Assembly (NCBI RefSeq): GCF_009914755.1
Contig: NC_060940.1
DNA from: the human T2T-CHM13v2.0 reference genome, Homo sapiens
DNA: 64,000 nucleotides
Reading direction: 5' to 3' (one strand)
The position numbers and the translations under genes are program-made. Shown piece by piece: positions 14,444-37,094 of this stretch. Each line of letters starts with the position of its first letter. The first letter of the stretch is position 1. Below the pieces are notes generated by a model. The model was not told where the DNA came from. It saw only the letters and a list, made by a program, of their open reading frames with translations, and ran no database searches.

Positions 14444-14672
14444 GTAGTCAAAGTTGATCTCAAGATTTCTAGACTGAGAGCCTGGAAAAGAGTGGTCTGA
14501 TGGGGAAAAAAGCAGAATTGAAAAGTGCTTCTTGGTGGAAGGGTTTAGAACATACTGTTTAATGGGAAATTCAAGTGGAAATATTTCAAAGCAAAGGTAC
14601 AGGTTATATGTATTCAGGATTAGAATGGAAAAATCACTGAATTGTAAGCAGGTATTGTAAACATACGTGGAA

Positions 14673-14675
<3 letters not shown>

Positions 14676-14710
<35 letters not shown>

Positions 14711-14997
14711 AAGTTGAGGCAAGGTCTCTCTCTGTCATCCAGGCTGGAGTGCAGTGGCGTGATCACAGCTCACTGTCCTCAGCCTCCCAGGCTCAAGCAA
14801 TCTTCCCACCTCAGCCTCCCGAGCAGCTGGGACCACAAGCATATGTTACCATGCCCAGCTAATTTTTTAATTTTTTTTGTACAGACAGTGTCTTGCTATG
14901 TTGCCTAGGCTGGTCTTGAACTTCTGGGCTCAAGTTAACTGGCTGCCTCAGCCTCCCGAAGTGCTAGGATTGTAGGCATGAGACACTGCACCTAGCC
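14676..14997 (-). mobile_element. AluJ with a (TC)n microsatellite at its tail (14676-14705)
   Basis: Antisense AluJ features (gatcacagctcactg, ttgctatgttgcctaggctgg); about 15 TC units. Confidence 0.9.
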
Positions 14998-16460
14998 ACA
15001 AAGCTTTAAACTTAGAGACCTGAAAAACTATCAAGTATTTTCTGTTGTGTTATAAAATCTAAATAACTTTGAAGACCATGAAATAGCTAACATCATGAAA
15101 GTGAGCAGGTTGTTTACACAGGAAGGTTTCCCTTAAGGTATATAGGCAAGGTAGCCCGAGTTGGGTAAGCTGAGGGGACCCTGATCAATATTCAAAATTT
15201 AAAAAAGTTTACTGTGGGATGTACTGTTCTACCCTTGGGTGAAGAGATTCTGGAATAGGTGCATGTTTTGGAGAAATCTAGAAATAACTCACACTCTCTT
15301 CTATTTCTGTGAGGCCTTAACACCCTGGTTGCTCTTTCCTTCACTGAAATGAGGGAGGTATGCTTGCCCCTGAGGGCAAATGTCTCTGTTGGGGAGGAGA
15401 ATGTAAACATCATGGATTCAGGTGCCCCAGCCATTCGTCCTTCATGAGATAACCTGGGTAGACTTATCCCTGATCAACTCTTTATCTCTGTGTTTGTTGA
15501 CTCTGAGCATAGAGATTTCCTGGAGGCCCTAGAAAACAAGGAAGCACCATTTTGAGAGGCTGTGGTTTCCTCTGCTTTGATTTCTCCACCAGTTCCCTCC
15601 CATGTGCTTTCTCCCTTCCTGTAGTTTCTGAAAGTTTCTGGTCTACTGATGGAATCTCACCTTGGCTTTCTGTGTTATTGTTTCCTTCTTAAAAGTATAT
15701 ACATTATATTAATTATGTGTGTGTAGGATGAAGGTGAGACATGTGTATTACCATTTCAGAAGGGTTTTGTGTTGAAGGGTAGGCAGATGCATGTATTCAG
15801 TTTGCCATATTGAACCTAACACGATGACTAAATTTCAAACCCTGTAATCAGAACCTGTAGCCCACATAAGAAATTGTCCTTATTAAAATAAAGGAACGTT
15901 ATTAACTAAGAATTCACCATAATCTTGGTTTTCCATAGTTTCTTTTGAGAGTATAAATTTTGTCACATGTCTGAAATCTTTACATGGAAGCTCTGACTCC
16001 TGGCCCTTTGGTTGGAGCCCACTTCCACCTGTGAGCTTTGAGTTTATAACAATGTACCTGTAGCTATACAAAAGGCAGGAGGAAGATTGGATTTCAGGAT
16101 AATGAATAAACTCAGAACTTAAGGTTGACCCAACATGGAACTGGCACTTTACAGAACAGATAAGTACTTTTTTTTTAATATCTAAAGTTTTAGACTTATT
16201 TAACATTTCATAGGGACATTTCAGATTACACATATTATATCTAGTATAAAAACAATGTTTTATACTTGTCTTAGTGCTTAAGATGTATAGTCCTTATAAA
16301 CAATAATAGATACATTGTTGAAGAATGTATCTATTGGATACATTCCATTGGAGCATTGAGAAGATTTAAATTTTATTTCTATACTGTATATTAGACTCTA
16401 AGCTTAAGTGAGCTTAATATTAGAAAAAATATATAATAGTATTCATAGCAATATAATAAT

Positions 16461-17513
16461 TGTTGCAGGAAGTCAGGGACCCCGAACGGAGGGACTGGCT
16501 GGAGCCACGGCAGAGGAACATAAATTGTGAAGATTTCATGGGCATTTATCACTTCCCAAATAATACTTCCATAATTTCTTACATCAGTCTTTATTTTAAT
16601 CTCTTAATCCTGTTGTCTTTGTAAGCTGAGGACGTATGTCACGTCAGGACCACTGTGATGATTGTGTTAGCTGTACAAATTGATTGTAAAATGTGTGTTT
16701 GAACAATGTGAAATCAGTGCACCTTGAAAAAGAACAGAATAACAGCGATTTTTAGGGAACAAGGGAAGACACCCATAAGGTCTGACTGTCTGCAGGGTCG
16801 GGCAAAAAAAGCCATATTTTACTTCTTGCAGAGAGCCTATAAACGGACGTGCAAGTAGGAGAGATATCACTAAATTCTTTTCCTAGCAAATAATATTAAT
16901 ATTAAGACCCTAGGAAAAGAATTGCATTCCTTGGGGAAGGTCTATAAACGGCCACTGTGGGAGTGTCTGTCTTATGTGGTTGAGATAAGGACTGAAATAT
17001 GCCCTGGTCTCCTGCAGTACCCTCAGGTTTATTAGGGTGTGGAAAAACCTCCCTCCCCCCTCCCCGGTAAATTTGAGGTCAGACCAGTTCTCTGCTCTCG
17101 AACTCTGTTTTCTGTTGTTTAAAATGTTTATCAAGACAATACGTGCACAGCTGAACATAGACCCTTATCAGTAGTTCTGTTTTGCCTTTTGTCCTGTTTC
17201 CTCAGAAGCATGTGATCTTTGTTCTCCTTTTTGCCCTTTGAAGCATGTGATCTTGTGACCTACTCCCTGTTCTTGCACCACCTCCCCTTTTGAAATCCTA
17301 AATAAAACTTGCTGGTTTTGCAGCTCAAGTGGGCATCATGGTCCTACCGATATGTGATGTCACCCCTGGCGGCCCAGCTGTAAAATTCCTCTCTTTGTAC
17401 TCTTTCTCTTTATTTCTCAGACTGGCCAACACTTAGGGAAAATAAAAGAACCTACATTGAAATATTGGGGACGGGTTCCCCCAATAAAATACTGGGGACA
17501 GGTTCCCCCGAGA
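16461..17513 (+). mobile_element. MER11 solo LTR (HERV-K11/HML-8, possibly MER11C)
   Basis: Starts tgttgcaggaagtcagggaccccgaacggagggac; AATAAA at 17301; 6-bp TSD aataat at 16455-16460 and 17514-17519. Confidence 0.92.
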
Positions 17514-17623
17514 AATAATCACACGTATTTCAGTATATTAAAAATGTGTTGGGAGACAAGTATGTATTTGGATTTCAAATGTTATCTAATTATTCTCTTT
17601 AGTATCTAATCTAAATGTCCTGT

Positions 17624-17801
17624 TTTTTTTTTTTTTTTTTTTTTGGAGATAGAGTTTCACTCCTGTTGCCCAGGCTGGAGTGGCAATGGGGCGATCTTGG
17701 CTCACCACAACCTCTGCCTCCTGTGTTCAAGCGATTCTCCTGCCTCAGCCTCCCAAGTAGCTGGGATTACAGGCATACATCACCACGCCTGGCTAATTTT
17801 T
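17624..17801 (-). mobile_element. AluS right arm (half of an Alu split by the L1 insertion)
   Basis: Poly(T) followed by the antisense Alu right monomer. Alu TSD atgtcctgtt at 17615-17624 reappears at 24186-24195. Confidence 0.92.
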
Positions 17802-24048
<6,247 letters not shown>

Positions 24049-24184
24049 CTAATTTTTGTATTTTTTAGTAGAGATGAGTTTCTGCATGTTGGTCATGCTG
24101 GTCTCAAACTCCCAACCTCATGTAATCCCTCCCCTCAGCCTCCCAAATTGCTGGGATTACAGGCATGAGCCACCACACCCGGCC
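24049..24184 (-). mobile_element. AluS left arm (other half of the split Alu), 50 nt upstream of the PHKB exon
   Basis: taatttttgtattttttagtagag...gagccaccacacccggcc, followed by the second copy of TSD atgtcctgtt. Confidence 0.92.
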
Positions 24185-24234
24185 TATGTCCTGTTATTGA
24201 GTATGTCCTTATGTTTCATTTCTTTTTCTTTTAG

Positions 24235-24350
24235 GTCTCTTTTATTCAAAACCTTGTATTTTGTGTGGAAAGAGTTTACCGTGTGCCTGACTTTGGTGTC
24301 TGGGAAAGAGGAAGCAAATATAATAATGGCAGCACAGAGCTACATTCGAG
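24235..24350 (+). CDS. PHKB: PHKB internal coding exon, 116 nt (probably exon 7 in RefSeq numbering)
   Basis: Acceptor tttcatttctttttcttttag at 24213-24234 and donor GAG|gtaatt at 24351. Translates [38 protein letters not shown], recognised as the phosphorylase kinase beta GH15-like domain. Ends in phase 2 (AG). Confidence 0.97.
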
Positions 24351-25128
24351 GTAATTTGCTGATTTCTGAGGTTTTTTTTTTAAATTAAATGTATGGAATT
24401 TGAATATGAAGAAATACTGAAGCATTAGATTGGAACTGTGATTCATATGTTAATTTGTAGCAATTTTTTTCTACCTATGATGCAGATGGAAGTCACTTAA
24501 AATTAACACAAAAGAGCCCATCCTCAGTACCCATAAACAGATGCAAGAAAGAAGTAGGTGTCTTTCCCAACCTCCCAAGGTGTCAGTACATGCATGTCAG
24601 CCCTCATCATTAATCCACAGCTTGGCCTTTCTGCTCAACCAAGTCATTTTCTTTTTCCTCTTTGAAATTACCTCATTTGAAATGTCAAGTACATTAAAAT
24701 TTTCAAACACCAGTTGTATATGCACTGAATATAAAATTTCCTTCCATGTTATAGAGCTGATTTTTATCCTGACCACGGATGCTTACACTGTTCACATAAA
24801 ACTTAACATTCATTGTTACCAGTAAGGTGTGTGATCAACATCTTGAGCTGTGGTTTACTGCGTTTGAATAAGCAACAATAGCTGATAACTGATGTTAGTA
24901 GTTTATGAATTTCTTTTAATCCTTAGGGTTAAGGAAGTAGCTTTAGTGACTGATTGTACCTTTCCTAAATCCTAGTTTTATGCCTAGGAGATCATATTTT
25001 AATAACAAAATAATATAGTTCAATAAGTCCTATCCATGTTGCACTAAAAGATGTAAGAATTTAAGCTAAAAGTTATCACTGTCAGTTTGGATTATTGGGA
25101 CTTAAATTAAGTAAAGAAACAGTCTAGA

Positions 25129-25488
<360 letters not shown>

Positions 25489-25539
25489 TCACACACACAA
25501 AAATAAGATGACATAAGATATTTAGTAAATCAAAAACCA

Positions 25540-25700
25540 GCTCCAGATCACTAGCTGTGTAACCCTCAACAAGTTATGTGACCTTTTTATGATTCAGTTT
25601 TCTCATCTGTAAAATAAAGATAATAATTTCTACTTTATGTCATTGTTATAATAATTGTTGTCATTGTTGTAATAGTATATATAAAGCATTTGAATGTGTA
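25540..25700 (+). mobile_element. MIR SINE
   Basis: MIR core cagttttctcatctgtaaaataaagataataat. Confidence 0.6.
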
Positions 25701-26210
25701 GCATAAGAACTAGAATGCTAGTGTACTTACACATTTAGGAACATTTTAATAAAAAATAAAAAATATTTAAATTAAAAGGACTTTCAGATTAATCCTTAAC
25801 TGACGTGGAAACCTTTTTCTTTAGGTTTTGTGATTCATGTGAGGAATTTTTACAGTATAGACCAGAATAGTATCAATCAATGAAAAAGTCAGTGAAGTAG
25901 AGGAATAATTTGTGGTAAAGCTCATTTCAGACATTAAACAGATTCTGGCAAATACTAAAATTAAATAGATGATGTTATAATTCAGCCCTCATCCAAATTA
26001 AGTTCTCAACATTCCAGATTATCACTCAAATTATAAGAAATTTGATCTGATAAGATGATTTTTAAAATTTACCTTTTCAGTACATATGATTATCAGATAT
26101 CTTCCTTGTTTCTTAATAAGCATTTAATATATGTCAGTCTGACCCCATTGCCATATTTTCAGCGTGAAATATTTGGAATAGAAGTTTTTCTGTTTATAAA
26201 AACTGCAGTA

Positions 26211-26517
<307 letters not shown>

Positions 26518-29334
26518 CTAACCTGTAGTAAACTCAGAAAGAACCTTAAATAAAAGTTACTACTGACCCTAGAAAGTGAGGATGTCAGAAGGTCCCTGGT
26601 GACAAAACAGGCTCCAACTTGTATTCCTATAACTGAGGTGGCAGTCTTTAAATTGATTCATTAAGGTTTTTATTTGAAGGCTTGAAAAATCATTATGTGA
26701 TTTTTTTTTGCCATCGTTTGCATGCAAAATTAATCTTTTTGTAGTAGGCCGATTTTGTTCAAATGGATGAGAGATGAAGTTTGTCGTTTAAGTTTGGATG
26801 ATGGGTTTTATACTTTATTTGACATTGATGTTCTACTTGTCCATGGTATAACACTTTAAAATTCCCCAAAAGAACTTTAACCTTAATTTTTTATTTGAAA
26901 GTTTCCAAGGTCAGGTCTTCACAAGCCTGTTTTGAATCTATCACCTCTGATGTCCAAAGGATACATTTTGAAACTGCGAGAGAGTTGAACTCCATGTGCT
27001 CACGGAGGTAGTGATGGCTGTGGTAGTGGGCGGCCAGTATCCTTCTGTGCTTAGGCCTGTGTAGTGGAATGTAGAGCTGCTACTAGCCTGGGATCAAGTC
27101 ACACCTCTTAGTCTGTCTCTGCTGTAGGATACCCCAGATCTATTTGGGATTAATTGGATCTATTCTTTACTGTTTAGTGCAGTATCCTTGTTATATCCTG
27201 AAACTGTTCTCATAATTTCAGACAGCTTGAATTAATACATAGTAATACTTGCCATAAGTACTTACACTTCCCTTTGTAGTCTGACACTTTCTCTGCCGCT
27301 CTCCTTTCTCTGTGCTATACAGTCATCTGTACCAGGAGTCAGAGAGAAAACAGAGCATAATCTGAGTGTTGCCTTGGTGCTCACTAGGGCCTCAGCTGAA
27401 GTGACTGGCTCTTCCTTTCCTTGCCACACTGAGTACATCCCTTCTAAGCTGTGAATCCATTTTGTCCTGGGCTTTTGTTGGTTGGTAGGCTTTTATTGGT
27501 TATTGGCTGTTACGAGGATGATCCTGGCCTCATAAAGTGAGTTAGGGAGGAGTCCCTCTTTTCTGTTGTTTGGAATACTTTCAGAAGGAGTGGTACCAGC
27601 TCCACTTTGTACCTCTGGTAGAATTCAGGTGTGAGTCCGTCTGGTCCTGGGGTTTTTTTGGTTGGTAGGCTATTAATTACTGCCTCAATTTCAGAACTTG
27701 TTATCAGTCTATTCAGGGATTCGACTTCTTCCTGGTTTAGTCTTGGGAGGGTGTATGTGTCCAGCAATTTATCCATTTCTTCTAGATTTTCTAGTTTATT
27801 TGCGTAGAGGTGTTTATAGTATTCTCTGATGGTAATTTCTATTTCTGTGGGATCAGTGATGATATCTCCTTTATCATTTTTTATTGTGTCTATTTGATTC
27901 TTCTCTCTTTTCTTCTTTATTAGTCTTGGTAGTGGTCTATTTCGTTAATCTTTTCAAAAAACCAGCTCTTGGATTCCTTGATTTTTTTGAAGGGTTTTTT
28001 GTGTCTCTATCTCCTTCAGTTCTGCTCTGATCTTAGTTATTTCTTGTCTTCTGCTAGCTTTTGAATTTGTTTGCTCTTGCTTCTCTAGTTCTTTTAATTG
28101 TGAAGTTAGGGCGTCGATTTTAGATCTTTCCCACTTTCTCCTGTGGGCATTTGGTGCTATAAATTTTCCTCTAAACACGGCTTTAGCTGTGTCCCAGAGA
28201 TTCTGGTACATTGTGTCTTTGTTCTCATTGGTTTCAAAGAACTTATTTATTTCTGCCTTCATTTTGTAATTTACCCAGTAGTCATTCAGGAGCAAGTTCT
28301 TCAGTTTCCATGTAGTTTTGTGGTTTTGAGTGAGTTTCTTAATCCTGAGTTCTAATTTGATTGCACTGTGGTTTGAGAGACAGTTTGTTATGATTGCCAT
28401 TCTTTTGCATTTGCTGAGGAGTATTTTACTTCCAATTATGTGGTCAATTTTAGAATAAGTGCGATGTGGTGCTGAGAAGAATGTATATTCTGTTGATTTG
28501 GTGGGGAGAGTTTTGTAGATGTCTGTTAGGTCCACTTGGTCCAGAGCTAAGTTCAAGTCCTGAATATCCTTGTTAATTTTCTGTCTCGTTATTTGTCTAA
28601 TATTGACAGTCGGGTGTTAAAGTCTTCCACTATTATTGTGTGGGAGTGTAAGTCTCTTTGTAGGTCTCTAAGGGCTTGCTTTATGAATCTGGGTGCTCCT
28701 GTATTGGGTGCACATATATATAGGATAGTTAGCTCTTCTTGTTGCATTGATCACTTTACCATTATGTAATGGCCTTCTTTGTCTTTCTTGATCTTTGTTG
28801 ATTTAAAGTCTGTTTTATCAGAGACTAGGATTGCCACCCTGCTTTCTTTTTTTTCTTTCCATTTGCTTGGTAAATACTCCTCCATCCGTTTATTTTGAGC
28901 CTATGTGTCTTTGCACATGAGATGGATCTCCTGAATACAGCACACTGATGGGTCTTTACTCTTTATCCAGTTTTCCAGTCTCTGTTTTTTAACTGGGGCA
29001 TTTAGCCCATTTACATTTAAGGTTAATATTGGTATTTCAGAATTGGATCCTGTCATTATGATGTTAGCTGGTTGTTTTGCCCGTTACTTCATGCAGTTTC
29101 TTCATAGTGTCGATGGTCTTTACCATTTGGCATGTTTTTGCAGTGGCTGGTATTGGTTTTTCCTTTCCATATGTAGTGCTTCCTTCAGGAGCTCTTGTAA
29201 GGCAGGCCTGGTGGTGACAAAATCTCTCAGAATTTGCTCGTCTGTAAAGGATTTTATTTCTCCTTTGCTTATGAAGCTTAGTTTGGCTGGATATGAAATT
29301 CTGGGTTTAAAATTCTTTTCTTTAAGAATGTTGA

Positions 29335-29599
29335 GGCCGTGGTGGCTCACACCTGTAATCCCAGCACTTTGGGAAGTCAAGTCAGGTGGATCACAAGGTC
29401 AGGAGTTCGAGACCAGCCTGGCCAAGATGGTGATACCTTGTCTCTACTAAAAATACAAAAATTAGCCGAGTGTGGTGGCGGGTGCCTGTAATCCCAGCAA
29501 TTCGGGAGGCTGAGGCAGAGAATTGCTTGAACCCATTGAAATCAAGAGGCAGAGTTTGTGGTGAGCCAAGATTGTGTCACTGTGACAAAGACCCCATCT

Positions 29600-29637
<38 letters not shown>

Positions 29638-29645
29638 AAAAAACA
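29335..29645 (+). mobile_element. AluS inserted in ORF1 of the L1; tail contains an (AC)n microsatellite
   Basis: TSD aagaatgttga at 29324-29334 and 29646-29656. Confidence 0.93.
29603..29636. repeat. (AC)17 microsatellite in the Alu tail
   Basis: Perfect AC run read directly from the sequence. Confidence 0.95.
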
Positions 29646-32535
29646 AAGAATGTTGAATATTGATCCCCACTCTCTCCTGGCATGTAGGGTTTCTGCAGAG
29701 AGATCTGCTGTTAGTCTGATGGGCTTCCCTTTGTGGGTAACCCAACCTTTCTCTCTGGCTGCCCTTAACATTTTTTCCTTCATTTCAACCTTGGTGAGTC
29801 TGACAATTATGTGTCTTGGGGTTGTTCTTCTCAAGGAGTATCTTTGTGGTGTTCTCTGTATTTCCTGAATTTGAATTTGTTCAGTCTTGCTAGGTTGGGG
29901 AAGTTCTCCTGGATAATATCTCGAAGAGTGTTTTCCAGCCTGGTTCCATTCTCCCCATTACTTTCAGGTACACCAACCAAACATAGGTTTGGTCTTTCCA
30001 CATAGTCCCATATTTTTTGGAAGCTTTGTTCATTCCTTTTCATTATTTTTTCTCTAATCTTGTCTTCTCGCTTTATTTCATTAAGTTGATCTTCAATCTC
30101 TGATATCCTTTCTTCCGCTTGATCGATTCGGCTCTTGATAACGTGTGTATGTGTCATGAAGTTCTCGTACTGTGTTTTTCAGTTTCGTCAGGTCATTTAT
30201 GTTCTTCTCTAAGCTGGTTATTCTAGTTAGCAATTCATCTAACCTGTTTTCAAAGTTGTTAGCTTCCTTGCATTTGGTTAGAACATAGTCCTTTAGCTCA
30301 GAGGAGCTTGTTATTACCCACCTTCTGAAGCCTACTTCTGTCAGTTCATCAAACATTCTCCATCCAGTTTTGTTCCCTTGCTGGCAAGGACTTGTGATCC
30401 TTTGGAGGAGAAGAGGCTAATGGTTTTTGGAAGTTTCAGCGTTTTTGCACTGGTTTCTCCCCCTGTTCGTCGATTTATCTACCTTTAGTCTTTTATGTTG
30501 GTGACCTTCAGATGGGGTCTCTGAGTGGACATCCTTTTTGTTAAGATATTGATGCTATTCCTTTCTGTTTATTAGTTTTGCTTCTAACAGTCAGGGCCCT
30601 CTGCCACAGGTCTGCTGGACTTTGCTGGAGGTCCACTCCAGACCCTGTTTGCCTGGGTATCACCAGCGGAGGCTGCAGAACGTCAAAGATTGCCACCTGT
30701 TTCTTCCTCTGGAAGGTTTGTCCCAGAGGGGCACCCGCCAGATGCCAGCTGGATCTCTCCTGTATGAGATATCTGTCGGCCCCTGCTGGGAAATGTCTCC
30801 CAGTCAGGAGACACAGGTGTCAGGAACCCACCTGAGGAGGCAGTCTGACCCTTAGCAGACTTGAGGTCCACTGCTCTCTTCACAGCTTGCAAGAAGGGAC
30901 GTTTAAGTCTGCTGAAGCTGCGCCCACAGCTGCCCCTTCCCTCTGTCCCAGGGAGATGGAAGTTTTATGTATAAGCCCCTGACTGTGGCTGCTGCCTTTT
31001 TTTCAGAGATGCCCTACCCAGAGAGGAGGAATCTAGAGAGGCAGTCTGGCTACAGCAGCTTTGCTGAGCTGTGGTGGACTCTGCCCAGTTGGAACTTCCC
31101 CATGACTTTGTTTACACTGTGAGGGGAAAACTACCTACTCAAGCCTCAGTAATGGTGTACGCCCCTTTCCCCACCAAGCTGGAGTGTCCCAGGTCAACTT
31201 CAGACTGCTGTGCTGGCAACGAGAATTTCAAGCCAGTGGATCTTAGCTTGCTGGGCTCTATGGGGGTGGGATCTGCTGAGCTAGACCACTTGGTGCCCTG
31301 GCTTCAGCCCCCTTTCCAGGGGAGTGAACGGTTCTGTCTCCGCGGAGTTCCAGGTGCCACTGGTGTATGAAAAAAATCTCCTGCAGCTAGCTCGGTGTCT
31401 TCCCAAATGGCCACCCAGTTTTGTGCTTGAAACCCAGGGCCCTGGTGGTGTAGGCACCTAAGGGAATCTCCTGGTCTGTGTGTTGCAAAGACTATGGGAA
31501 AAGTGTAGTATCTGGGCCAGATTGTATCGTTCCTCGCAGCATAGTCCCTCACCGCTTCCTTTGGCTAGGGGAGGGAGTTCCCTGAAGCCTTGCATTTCCT
31601 GGGAGAGGCGACGCCCCACCCTGCTTCAGCTCGCTCTCTGTGGGCTGCACCCACTATCTAACCAGTCCCAGTGAGATGAGCTGGATACCTCAGTTGGAAA
31701 TGCAGAAATCACCCGCCTTCTGCATTGGTCTTGCTGGGAGCTGCAGACCAGAGCTGTTCCTATTTGGCCATCTTGCCAGACTCCTGACTTTTAGCTTTTT
31801 AAAGTGGTTTTATGTTCTATTCTCTTCGCTTTTCTAATAAAGAAAGCCATCACTAAAATATCAGATAAATAACAATCATAGCACCACTTTACTCAGTTTA
31901 AGAGGCTTTCAGTGACCCTTTTATGCCATATGGTGCTTATTACTTAAGGTAACTACTTAGTCTTCTTAAGTCATTTTTGATATTTTCTTCATCGAACTAT
32001 GATAGAAGCTACTGTCCAACCATTCTGCTTCATTTTATGTATCTTTGCCATACTGAACAATTCACTTGTATTTTTTGAAACCATAGTACTGTGAAGTCCT
32101 TGTTCTTCTAGGAAATGTGATTGGTAGCTCAGGGATTTAAAACAGTGTTAATGAACAGAAGATTGTGAATTTAGTTCTCATGCCTGCCAGTTACTTTTGT
32201 GAATTCCATGGTAGGTGTGAAATTAAATAGATAGACCTATCTTTTCCATAAAAGCTTTGATTTATGCAACAAATCACTATCTCCCAAACAAATGTTGCTT
32301 TATTTTAGCTCTCTTCAGTGAATATTAGAATAAAGATGTTAAGGTACCATCTTGCAATAATCAAATCAGTCAATGTTCTATTGATATTAGTCATCTGCTA
32401 TTAATATGTTCAATAGCTTATAATAGAATAATTTAGTTTCTTGAGAGTGTCTTGTACCATTAAAATATTTTGAATTTCTTACAACAATATATATTGCCAA
32501 CAATAGAAATTGCCATTAAAATGTAAGATCATGTT

Positions 32536-35212
<2,677 letters not shown>

Positions 35213-35339
35213 AAAATGTGAGGTCATGTTATGATTGTGTTTGGGTTTCTAAATAGCTTGCTGTTGCCAGAGATTTGAATAACTAGTGGATAATAAATTA
35301 ACATATTTGTGAATTTTACTCTAGTTCAGATACAGTATT

Positions 35340-35653
35340 TGTTTCTGTCTTTTGTTTGTTTTTGTTGTTTTGAGACAGAGTCTCACTCTGTTGCTCTGGC
35401 TGGAGTGCAGTGGTGCGATCTTGGCTCACTGCAACCTCTGCTCTTGGGTTCAAGCAAGTCTCCTGCCTCAGCCTCTCTAGTAGCTGGGATTACAGGCATG
35501 TGCTACCAAGCCTGGAGAATATTTGTATTTGTAGTAGAGACAGGGTTTCGCCATGTTGGCCAGGCTGGTCTTGAGCCCCTGACCTCAAGTGGTCTTGCCC
35601 ACCTTGGCCTCCCAAAGTGCTGGGATTACAGGCATGAGCCACTGTGCCCAGCC
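35340..35653 (-). mobile_element. AluS
   Basis: Antisense dimer with a (TTTG)-type tail. Confidence 0.92.
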
Positions 35654-36167
35654 TTGTTTCTTTTAAAATGCCACATTTAGATGACAATTTCCAAATTCAT
35701 CCCATAGCTGTTTTTTTATACCATTAAAGACAGAACCTTGGACTGGCTACATTGTGTTTCTAAGTACTGAATTTCATATGTGTTCGCCTTTTGAATAAGT
35801 TATTTTCTCTTTACATTTCAAAATACTGTAAATATTTAATAAAATATGTACCTCACACTGTAGGAGGAAGTTTTATGGTATTACTGGGTTAACTGAATGT
35901 AAGTTTTTATGCATTGGGGCCTAAGGGAGCTCCTGGGTCATCGGGAACACATTCTTAAGGAAGAAAGCAAGTTAACAATGAATGTTTTTACACAAACAGT
36001 CCAAATATACAACCCCAAGGGGCTTTTCTAACCCTTAGGGTCTAAGGCTCTAAAATTCTTGTTCCAGTACTACCGTAATTTGGTTACTATTTTACAGTAT
36101 TCAAAATTGTAATTGGCCTAATTGTTCTGGGTACATGGTAGAGTTAGCAAACTGACTTAAGCTTTTT

Positions 36168-36673
36168 TCCAGTTACCTATTGTTGCAAATAAACCCAAAC
36201 TTAGAGGCATAAAAACAACAACAATCTTTTATTATTATTGTCTTACATTATTATTTATTATTAAGATGGTAGACTGGGTTAAGCTAGGCAGTTTTTGCTC
36301 AGGGTCTCTAATGTGTTTGTCATCATTGTGACTGGGGCTGGGCTTATCTTGAAGGCTTTGTCACTCAGGTATCTGAGTGTTGACTAAGACCTTGGCAGGA
36401 CCTGTCCACTGGAAGGCCTATGTGAAGTTTTTCCATATAGGCTTCCTAACAGCATGGTGGCTGGGCTCCAAGGCCCAGAATCCCAGGCAGAGAGTTAGGT
36501 GGGAGCTGTTTTCCTGTCTATGACCTAGACTCAGAAGTCATGCAGTGTAAACTCCACCACATCCTATTTGTTAGAGTCACTAAGGCCAGCCCATAGTCTA
36601 GCAGGGGATATTAGACTCCATCTCTTGATGGGGAGGAGTGTCAAAGAATTTCAGATGTGCTTTAAACCACCAC
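36168..36673 (-). mobile_element. MLT1 (F-H class) MaLR LTR
   Basis: ctattgttgcaaataaacccaaacttagaggc ... tatgacctagactcagaagtca ... tttaaaccaccac. Confidence 0.75.
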
Positions 36674-37094
36674 GGGTCCTTCACTTGGATTTTACTCCTT
36701 TAGGTTCCAGCCCTTGTTATTTCTCTCCAAAAAAAACTTTGGACCTGCAAAGAGCCTGCTGCCATTAGTGTGCTAACAGTACCATATGAATTGTCATGAA
36801 ATTTGTTTAACCTGTGGAAGCAAGTACTTCCTTCACTGGCAGGGAACCTTCACTAGCAGTGATATGCTAGGCTGCAGATTAGATTCATTAGGATAGTATC
36901 TTAAATCCAGATTATTGGCTCAATTATTCTTGAAAAATCAGGGTAAATTGGTCAGCATAGATTCTAGTAGGGTACAAAGTTTTCACCAAAGAGCAGAAGT
37001 AAGAGTGGATTTTAAAGCCGCTCTGGGCTTGTTCCCTCATCTTAAAAGTAGAGGAGATTAACAAAAGAAGTGTAAGACTTGTATAGGTTCTTGT

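Larger units (their letters stand above)
27448..31784 (-). mobile_element. LINE-1, L1PA7-like: 5'UTR, ORF1 and 5' part of ORF2; 3' half missing
   Basis: 5'UTR with intact YY1 core (ggccatcttg 31766-31775), ORF1 fragments 29120-30356, ORF2 EN/Z-region ORFs 27954-28556 and 27510-27776. Homology stops at ~27514 with no 3'UTR or poly(A). Confidence 0.93.

Noticed and set aside
24056-24388. 110-aa ORF overlapping the first exon
   Set aside because: It starts in an Alu arm and reads the exon in a non-PHKB frame.
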